Assembly (NCBI GenBank): GCA_009695005.1
Contig: SIBU01000004.1
Span: 1 to 50,130 of the forward strand
From: Candidatus Tayloriibacteriota bacterium
GTDB taxonomy: Bacteria; Patescibacteriota; Minisyncoccia; Phycocordibacterales; SIBU01
Length of the DNA stretch: 50,130 nucleotides
Reading direction: 5' to 3'
Positions within the stretch are counted from its first letter, which is position 1, and each line of letters begins with the position of its first letter. Below the pieces are notes generated by a model. It did not search any database. It saw nothing but the letters and a program-made list of their open reading frames with translations, and was not told the origin of the DNA. Position numbers and translations under genes: made by a program. Shown piece after piece: positions 43,501 through 50,130 of this stretch.

Positions 43501-43535
43501 TAGTAATTAGTTAGTAGTAGATAGTTTATAGTATA
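43501..43535. repeat. Five-unit 7-bp-period array directly upstream of recA
   Basis: TAGTAAT TAGTTAG TAGTAGA TAGTTTA TAGTATA, ending 5 nt before the recA ATG on the minus strand. Confidence 0.7.
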
Positions 43536-43541
43536 GAAGAT

Positions 43542-43895
43542 TTAAGAAAGATTTCTATTGACAGGTGGCTTATTGCGATTCTTTAATTTGCCGTATAGCC
43601 AGCCTAATAAAGCGCCAATTAAAAAATATGCGAGTGCCGTTATTAAAATTAGGGATATTCCCTCACGGAAGATTTCTGAAAAACTTGGCACAGAACCTCT
43701 CATTCCCAAAAAGGCTGTTAGTGGAGAGAACGCTATAATCATCAAACTAAACAAGTTGTTACCAAAGAGGTAACGAAAGTGGGGATCTTTAACAACCTCA
43801 CTCAACATCAAGAGAATAAGGGTACTCGCAAGCAAACTCAATCCTGAAAATAGTACAGCTCCCTTCATCCAATATGGCCACAATTCTTTGTTCAT
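43542..43895 (-). CDS. Hypothetical integral membrane protein (about 3 TMs)
   Basis: Three hydrophobic segments; co-oriented in the ftsK-recA run. Confidence 0.65.
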   Translation of the reverse strand: MNKELWPYWMKGAVLFSGLSLLASTLILLMLSEVVKDPHFRYLFGNNLFSLMIIAFSPLTAFLGMRGSVPSFSEIFREGISLILITALAYFLIGALLGWLYGKLKNRNKPPVNRNLS

Positions 43896-43902
43896 TTTTT
43901 TA

Positions 43903-44295
43903 TTAATTTGTTAGTGAGGTGGAGCTTGCCTGCGTTTTTTCTGCTTGTTCTTTGTATACCAGCTCCAATGTTTTTTGAACTTTCTTGCCGAAGCGATCCT
44001 CCGCGTTTACAGTGAGTATGTTATAGCCAGGAAGGAGGAGTAGTTTTTGATTGAAATGACCTTCTGAATCTACAAATATCGTGGCGTTGTTTAGATTGAT
44101 CGATGAAACATTTTCTGCAATACCTGATACATGGATAACTGGGTTGTTAAAGGCTGTGCCGTTAGCTGGTTCCTGTATGGTTATCTGGGGCCCACGGCGA
44201 AACTCCTTGGATTGAATATATGCATAACCACTAATGCTGACAGCGGCTAGGAGGAAGATTATGAGTCCAAGGGTAAATTTAACGTTTCTTCCCAT
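43903..44295 (-). CDS. Membrane-anchored protein with a single Ig-like domain
   Basis: N-terminal TM, then GPQITIQEPANG...VSGIAEN...LLPGYNILTVNAEDRFG. Confidence 0.75.
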   Translation of the reverse strand: MGRNVKFTLGLIIFLLAAVSISGYAYIQSKEFRRGPQITIQEPANGTAFNNPVIHVSGIAENVSSINLNNATIFVDSEGHFNQKLLLLPGYNILTVNAEDRFGKKVQKTLELVYKEQAEKTQASSTSLTN

Positions 44296-44311
44296 TTAAA
44301 TTTAAGGTTAA

Positions 44312-46597
44312 TTACAGAATTTGCTCTTCCTTTGGAGGGGTTTCAGATATGGTTTTTTGTGTGGCCTCTCCAGAGTTGATTACTTCGCGTGGTTTTGCTC
44401 CATCTGCTGCGCCAATTACCCCTCTTTCTTGTAAAAGGTCTACCAATCTTGCGGCTCTAGCGTAACCAACTCGGAGTTTCCTCTGAAGATAGGAGGTAGA
44501 AGCCTTTCCGGCTCTCACCACTTCTTCCTTTGCTTGCTCATAGAGGTCATCGTCAACGTCTTCGTCTCCACTGTTAAAGCTTGATTCAAAAATTGAATTC
44601 TTATCTGCAACTGCTTCGGGGGTAAGGTTAAGTTCTGTTGGTATGCCGCTGTCGTAATTTTCTTTAAGATAATTAACAACTCCTTTTAACTCGGCTTCGG
44701 TGATGTATGCGGATTGAATACGTTGTGGTTTAGACATTTCACTACCCAAGAAGAGCATGTCCCCAGCGCCTAGAAGTTTCTCTGCACCTCCTGTGTCTAG
44801 AATAGTTCGTGAATCGATTTGCGATGATACTTGAAGAGCGATACGGCCAGGAATGTTTGCCTTAATAAGACCTGTGATGACATTGACTGAAGGTCTTTGT
44901 GTGGAGAGGATGAGGTGGATACCGATGGCACGACTCATTTGAGCCAATCTTACAATGGCAGACTCCAGTTCTCTTGGGTAGGTAGACATTATATCCGCCA
45001 ATTCATCGATTACGATGACAATGTACGGCATCAATTCCGGCATTTTACCTTCCAAAGCTTGTTCTTCCGGAGATTTTTTTTCAAACTTTTTGAGTTCTGG
45101 TTCAAGGATGTTTTTGTGGTAGGACTCAATGTCTCGCACCGATTCTGATTCTAAAATGTCGTAACGCCGATCCATTTCTTTGGCAGCCCACTTAAGTGCA
45201 AGGATGGCTTTTTTTGCTTCAGTAATGACTGGGGTTAAGAGGTGGGGGATCTTGTTGTAAAGGGTCAATTCAACACGTTTTGGGTCGATCATGATGAATT
45301 TTAAATTTTCTACAGGATTTCTGAAGAGAAGCGAGGTAATGATTGTGTGAATTGTTACTGACTTTCCCGATCCTGTTGTTCCAGCGATAAGGAGATGTGG
45401 CATTTTCGCAAGATTAGCGAAATGAGATTTTCCAGATATGCCTTTGCCTAAAGATACTAAAAGAGGCTTTTCAGATTTTTGATACTCTTCTTGCGCAAGA
45501 AGGGTTGCAAGACCGACCGTAGATTTTGTGGAATTGGGAATTTCGATACCGACAAGTGATTTGCCAGGAATAGGGGCCTCGATTCTTAATGGGTGAGCCG
45601 CAAGTGCTAATGATAAATCGTTTTGAAGCGCTACGATCTTAGATAGTTTGACTCCTTCAGCAGGCTTAAGAGCGTATCGAGTAACCGACGGTCCGATTGA
45701 AATTTCATCCATTTCGACATTGATGCCGAAGTTTTGAAGTGTTCTCTTGATTATATTTTTGTTTGCATTTATATCGCCGACAATCGCCTTGCCTTTGTCT
45801 TTTTCTAATAGGGATAGCGGGGGAGGGGTAAACACTTTGCCAAGATTTCTAAAAAGTGATGAGGAGTTCTTTTTGTCTAAAGAGAAAGATTCTTCGGACC
45901 CGGTATTCGGTGTCTCGACAGTCTTTTGTTTTTCAGTCTTTTTTGCCTCAATTTTTTCCTTAAAATTTTTTGAGTCATTTTCCGATTCCTTCTCCTCCTC
46001 GTTTTCTGGTATCACTGCGACCGAAGGAGTGTCGTCATCTTGTTTGGAATCGTTATTTGTTTTTTTGAGGGCATTTCTTTTTCTCAGCCATTTCCAAAAA
46101 GTGATCAGGGGTTCGGTTGTGATTTCTGTTTCGAAGATTATAAGTGTCGAAACAATAAAGAGTGCACCTAAAAGAATGGCGCTTGCGTAGACGTCAAAAA
46201 GTTTAATTAAAGGGGTAGAAACAAAATGTCCTAGAATTCCACCTTGGTTTACGGCAACAATATCTATCATTCCAAGACCTGCCAGCACAAACAGGAAAGA
46301 TCCGCCAATTTTTATTAAAGGAAAACTTTGCTTGATAGATTTTAAGAAGGCGAACCCCAGCAAGATAAGCAGTGTCGGTATAAGAAAATAACCAAGAAAA
46401 CCTAGTAAATATTTAAACCACTCATACATAAAAACACCAACAGGACCAGCTTTGCCAAAAGAAGCAAGAACGAAAAGAATGGCTAAGACGAAAAAAACAA
46501 TACCAAGTATTCCTTGCAAGGTCTCTCTCTTCATTTCACCCAAGATTGCACCCCCCTTTTTGTCAGAATTCTTTGTGGTTACCTGTTGTTTTGCCAT
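44312..46597 (-). CDS. ftsK: DNA translocase FtsK/SpoIIIE
   Basis: N-terminal TMs, RIEAPIPGK, AGTTGSGKS, IDELAD, STQRPS and gamma domain LQRKLRVGYARAARL. Confidence 0.96.
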   Translation of the reverse strand: MAKQQVTTKNSDKKGGAILGEMKRETLQGILGIVFFVLAILFVLASFGKAGPVGVFMYEWFKYLLGFLGYFLIPTLLILLGFAFLKSIKQSFPLIKIGGSFLFVLAGLGMIDIVAVNQGGILGHFVSTPLIKLFDVYASAILLGALFIVSTLIIFETEITTEPLITFWKWLRKRNALKKTNNDSKQDDDTPSVAVIPENEEEKESENDSKNFKEKIEAKKTEKQKTVETPNTGSEESFSLDKKNSSSLFRNLGKVFTPPPLSLLEKDKGKAIVGDINANKNIIKRTLQNFGINVEMDEISIGPSVTRYALKPAEGVKLSKIVALQNDLSLALAAHPLRIEAPIPGKSLVGIEIPNSTKSTVGLATLLAQEEYQKSEKPLLVSLGKGISGKSHFANLAKMPHLLIAGTTGSGKSVTIHTIITSLLFRNPVENLKFIMIDPKRVELTLYNKIPHLLTPVITEAKKAILALKWAAKEMDRRYDILESESVRDIESYHKNILEPELKKFEKKSPEEQALEGKMPELMPYIVIVIDELADIMSTYPRELESAIVRLAQMSRAIGIHLILSTQRPSVNVITGLIKANIPGRIALQVSSQIDSRTILDTGGAEKLLGAGDMLFLGSEMSKPQRIQSAYITEAELKGVVNYLKENYDSGIPTELNLTPEAVADKNSIFESSFNSGDEDVDDDLYEQAKEEVVRAGKASTSYLQRKLRVGYARAARLVDLLQERGVIGAADGAKPREVINSGEATQKTISETPPKEEQIL

Positions 46598-46740
46598 ATT
46601 TGAAGCATCATCGGAGACATAAATATCATATCATAATTTGACGACCCGGCACGTCAGAGGAGAGAAAAATCTTGGTGGGGATCTTCAAAACTTTACAATT
46701 TATAGGACTACCGCTATAGTTGAGTGTAACAGACATTTAA

Positions 46741-47503
46741 GTCCTTAAAGATGGCTAGGATGCCCACAACTGGCCATAAAGGACAACAATAAGACAATGG
46801 ATGACAAAAAGGACAAAGATGTGCTTCCGACAGAAACGAGAGATCCTAAAAACCTCTTTATTTTCGAGCTATTTGAAAAGGACAACTACTTTTTGTTCAT
46901 ATACAAAAAGACAGAGAAGATTGTCTCCGCTCTATATTTGGTAAGTAATTTGTTTCCTGATGAGGAGCCAATTCGTTGGCAACTTCGTAAGTGTGGCGTT
47001 TCGATTATTTCTGAAATATTGTCGGTCATTTCAGGGCCGAGTCCTTTATCTAGGATGGAAATTGTTTCAAAAGTTGCACCTCAATTGTTGCGAATTATTT
47101 CACTGATCGACATCTCCTCAACGGCCGGACTTATTTCCGAAATGAATTACCTGATTTTAAAAAGAGAGCTTGAAGATTTGCTCTCTACTTTGAATTATAA
47201 AGAAAAAGGGGGAGGAGATTTTGTAAATAAATTAGTCACTTTAGACAAGGATTTTTTTGCCGTACCTCGTACAAATTTAGGCCCGAGTTCATCCGAGTCT
47301 GTTGATAAAAATTCATCAGTTAAAATCGACGGACACGCAAGAGAAAATGTCACAGACAACGGAGTGCATTCCTGGTCTGATATAAGACAAGGCATGAGTA
47401 ATTTTAAAGGACAGTCAGTTGGTGGCGAGACAGGTTTACTTAAAAATTCGACCTATCACGGTTCCCAGATCGGTGCTTCTAGGACACCTCAATTTAAAGG
47501 CCA
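46741..47503. repeat. Dispersed (T/A)AAGGACA / AAGACA direct repeats around and within the 46797 gene
   Basis: GGACA at 46781, 46811, 46880, 47331, 47409 and 47482; AAGACA at 46791, 46908 and 47384; TAAAGGCCA at 47495; inverted GTCCTTA at 46741. Confidence 0.55.
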
Positions 47504-47732
47504 GGGTACCTCTACTCACGTCTCGGGGGGAGCTCGAGAGTTTGAAATACTTAGGTTGGTTGGGTTGAAAAATAACCTTACAATTAGGGATTTTTCTCTA
47601 GTTATTAAGGGTTGTAGTGAGAAGACTATTCAGCGTGAATTGTCGCGACTGGTTAAGGTTGGTGTCCTTAATAAGATCGGGGAGAGAAGGTGGAGCAGGT
47701 ACTCACTGGCTTCAGAGCAACTAGCAAGTTAA
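46797..47732 (+). CDS. Protein with N-terminal four-helix-bundle-like domain, disordered linker and C-terminal winged HTH (DeoR-like)
   Basis: YKKTEKIVSALYLVSNLFPDEEPIRWQLRK N-terminus; LTIRDFSLVIKGCSEKTIQRELSRLVKVGVLNKIGERRWSRYSL wHTH. Confidence 0.75.
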   Translation: MDDKKDKDVLPTETRDPKNLFIFELFEKDNYFLFIYKKTEKIVSALYLVSNLFPDEEPIRWQLRKCGVSIISEILSVISGPSPLSRMEIVSKVAPQLLRIISLIDISSTAGLISEMNYLILKRELEDLLSTLNYKEKGGGDFVNKLVTLDKDFFAVPRTNLGPSSSESVDKNSSVKIDGHARENVTDNGVHSWSDIRQGMSNFKGQSVGGETGLLKNSTYHGSQIGASRTPQFKGQGTSTHVSGGAREFEILRLVGLKNNLTIRDFSLVIKGCSEKTIQRELSRLVKVGVLNKIGERRWSRYSLASEQLAS

Positions 47733-48006
47733 TTTGTAAGAGTTTAGATTAATTCTCGCTATTATTTGTTTTTTAAAATATATATACACGTTCATTTTGT
47801 CCTAACTTGATGCACTTTTTTTGTTCCGAAATGATCTATTATCATAGATTTTAATGTAATTTTGTTTTTCTTTACACTCAACTATTGGTGTTTATTTAGG
47901 CCCTGCAAATGTTGACTTTTTAGGGTAAATCGTGCAATAATGCCTCAGTCGGATACTCTGGAGCGAGGGCTCAAAATATGCCGAAATACAGAGGCAAATA
48001 TCAGAG

Positions 48007-48015
48007 TTATCCACA
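48007..48015 (+). promoter_or_regulatory. Single perfect DnaA box
   Basis: TTATCCACA inside a 713-bp non-coding AT-rich interval. Confidence 0.45.
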
Positions 48016-48445
48016 TTTACTTTTTGCAGGCTGTTTCCATCAGAGATATAATTGCTCTAGGTACAGAAATGTTACCAAGTTGTGGTTTTTCACAGCTTGG
48101 AATAATTCGTTTACTCGAGCTACCCTATTATTGATTCTGCTTGGAGATTTCTGAAAGAATACGTTTTTTGAAAACAAAATAGAGACAATAGTTTCCGAAT
48201 TTCCTTATTCTGTAATTTGTCTGTAGTGCCGAAATTTCAGTCCAAACTCATCTACTAACCCACGAGCTTTGTGTCGATGTATAAAGTTTGTGGGGTAGTG
48301 AAATGCAGTAATTAAGGTAGAGAAATATTTTGGTTTTACGTCGAAACCAAATTTTAATCTACGTCCGTAATTTCTCTGTAATCGAAATTATTAGCTTTAT
48401 TCGTTATAAATCGAGTAGAGAAATTTAATTATTAAGTACAATATT

Positions 48446-50130
48446 ATGTATCAATCGAAAAAATCTAAAACAAAGCAATTTGTGACAGGTTTGATCGGTG
48501 CCTCATTGGCATTAAGTCTCGCTTTTGCGGTAACCGTAAAAGCAGACACCGTTTCTGACCTTACAGCACAAATCAATAGTTTACTCGCAACTGTTAGTGG
48601 ACTTCAATCAAAACTCTCTACTGTACAAGGTGGAGCGCCAGCTTCAAGTTCAAGTACCGGATACTCCTTTTCAAAGGACTTATCTATGGGCAGTTCAGGT
48701 GCTGATGTTATGAATCTTCAAAAGGTTCTAAACATGAGTGCTGATACTCAAGTATCAAGCACAGGAGCAGGTTCAAAAGGAAACGAAACTTCAAAGTTTG
48801 GTCCAGCCACGAAAGCGGCTGTAATCAAATGGCAGAAGAAAGCAGGTCTTCCTTCTACTGGCTACGTAGGCTCACTCTCACGAGGAAAGCTTAATGCCAT
48901 GTCAGCTCCAGTTGTTGTCGTCCCTTCTCTTCCGGGCGTAATAACTACAGCTCCAGTCGTTCAGTCTGGCACAGGTTTGACAGTTTCAAGTCCTGTTCAA
49001 CCAGCAGCTACGATTGCTCCAAAGGCCACCTCACGAGTACCTTTCACAAAAGTTACTTTGACAGCTGGTTCTGACGGAGATGTAACAGTCAACTCGCTAA
49101 CTGTTCAGCGAACAGGTCTAGCGAATGACTCTGCCTTCGGAAGTATTGTTCTCTTGGATGAGAATGGTCTTCAGATCGGCACGTCAAAGACTTTCAATTC
49201 AAATCACCAGACAACTGTTGGCGACCCATTTGTAATTTCACGAGGAACTTCAAAGACGTTGACAATTGCTGGAAACATGGCTGCTGACCAGACTGAATAC
49301 TCTGGACAGGTTGCAAGCTTGACTGTTGTCGGAGTTAACACTTCAGCAACTGTTACAGGCTCGCTTCCAATCGTTGGTGCTGGTCAAACTGTAAACAACA
49401 GCTTGACTATCGGTACCGCGGTTCTCTATGTGTCTCAGTATGACCCAGCTTCAGCCTTGTCAAAAAATATCGGAGACACTGCTACAAAGTTCTCAGGTAT
49501 CAAGGTTTCAGCCGGTTCAAGTGAGGATGTCACTCTTTGGTCAGTTCGTTGGAATCAAACCGGTTCAGCTGGTACCACCGATCTCGCCAATGTTGTAACA
49601 GTTCTTGACGGTACTTCTTATCCTACAACTGTGTCTACAGATGGTAAGTACTACACGACACTCTTCCCAAATGGCATTGTCATTCAGAAGGGTTTCTCAA
49701 AGGAATTCTTTATCCAGGGAGATATTGTAGGTTCAGGTGCGGCTAGCCGTACTGTAGAGTTCGATCTCTACAATGCCTCAGACCTTTATGTCTCAGGTAA
49801 TACCTACAACTTCGGAATCTTGTCTACAGCAAACAGTAGTGTCGCCCCATCTTCTCTTTCCGCCACTTCTCGCTCAAGATTTACCACTGGAAGTCCTTTC
49901 TACGCAGGTTCAATTGTGACTATTTCTGCAGGTACAGCAACAACAATCGGTAAGGCACCGACAGCTGCACCAGCTACAAATATCGCAGTTAATGTTCCAA
50001 ACCAAATTCTTGGTGCATACGAAACTAACATTAAGGGTGAGCCGATTTCGGTTCAGTCAACTGTATTCCATCTAAACAGTAGTGCTGCTTACGCATCTAA
50101 CCTTATCCCAACAAGCATTTCGCTTATCGA
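48446..50130 (+). CDS. Large secreted surface (S-layer-like) protein with peptidoglycan-binding domain; truncated by the window end, not in the ORF track
   Basis: Hand translation from ATG 48446: signal peptide (...LALSLAFAVTVKA), QINSLLATVSGLQ coil, PG-binding DLSMGSSGADVMNLQKVLN...FGPATKAAVIKWQ, then Ser/Thr/Val-rich beta domains. Confidence 0.85.
   Translation, partial: MYQSKKSKTKQFVTGLIGASLALSLAFAVTVKADTVSDLTAQINSLLATVSGLQSKLSTVQGGAPASSSSTGYSFSKDLSMGSSGADVMNLQKVLNMSADTQVSSTGAGSKGNETSKFGPATKAAVIKWQKKAGLPSTGYVGSLSRGKLNAMSAPVVVVPSLPGVITTAPVVQSGTGLTVSSPVQPAATIAPKATSRVPFTKVTLTAGSDGDVTVNSLTVQRTGLANDSAFGSIVLLDENGLQIGTSKTFNSNHQTTVGDPFVISRGTSKTLTIAGNMAADQTEYSGQVASLTVVGVNTSATVTGSLPIVGAGQTVNNSLTIGTAVLYVSQYDPASALSKNIGDTATKFSGIKVSAGSSEDVTLWSVRWNQTGSAGTTDLANVVTVLDGTSYPTTVSTDGKYYTTLFPNGIVIQKGFSKEFFIQGDIVGSGAASRTVEFDLYNASDLYVSGNTYNFGILSTANSSVAPSSLSATSRSRFTTGSPFYAGSIVTISAGTATTIGKAPTAAPATNIAVNVPNQILGAYETNIKGEPISVQSTVFHLNSSAAYASNLIPTSISLI

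Noticed and set aside
9951-43535. CRISPR array
   Set aside because: Repeats are degenerate 7-mers in tandem with no 25-45 nt repeat/unique spacer alternation, and there are no cas genes.
44312-47732. dif site or KOPS cluster near ftsK
   Set aside because: No XerC/XerD-like 28-bp site or polarised GGGNAGGG cluster was recognisable by eye.
47940-48134. 64-aa ORF in the ORF track
   Set aside because: No recognisable motif, starts essentially on the predicted -10 box, and lies in a likely regulatory interval.
47733-48445. Firm oriC call
   Set aside because: Only one perfect DnaA box, no dnaA/dnaN nearby. The reduced G-over-C bias in the last gene can be explained by its Ser/Thr/Ala-rich composition.
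1-50130. Alternative genetic code (UGA=Gly, as in Gracilibacteria/Absconditabacteria)
   Set aside because: TGA ends several well-conserved genes at their expected termini (for example the ABC permease and dut), and core genes have no in-frame TGA.

Overview
Gene-dense, AT-rich chromosomal segment of a Patescibacteria/CPR bacterium, most consistent with Parcubacteria. This is inferred from gene content: alpha2-type GlyRS, type 2 IleRS, rplK with no adjacent rplA, few Shine-Dalgarno motifs and CPR-style surface proteins. TGA is used as a stop, so the code is standard code 11. No rRNA, tRNA, CRISPR array or transposase was found. Most of the window is housekeeping: secE-nusG-rplK, a thymidylate/folate cluster (folD, dcd, folA, thyA, a dCMP-deaminase-like gene, glyA, tmk, dut, folC), argS, ileS, glyS, metG, recO, recA, ftsK, rpsF-ssb-rpsR and efp. 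The best candidate for an undescribed system is at 380-2500: a TrpR/YerC (HisR-like) regulator with three copies of a CTTTA-N6-TAAAG palindrome, a His-His leader peptide with antiterminator/terminator geometry, and a CntK-like (histidine racemase/DapF-fold) gene coupled to a GNAT acetyltransferase. A MacAB-type exporter operon carrying a P-loop kinase and a VanX-like D-Ala-D-Ala dipeptidase converges on it. Other notable signals: (1) a dispersed family of 7-bp-period arrays (AGATTTA/TAAATCT), often in inverted pairs and also inside ileS, tatD and argS; (2) an IleRS with a GIHH signature and an inserted histidine-phosphatase domain; (3) several apparently leaderless genes; (4) an atypical EF-P tip loop; (5) a four-helix-bundle/HTH gene beside ftsK whose DNA is rich in AAGGACA-like repeats. 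All family calls come from motif recognition by eye; no database searches were run.
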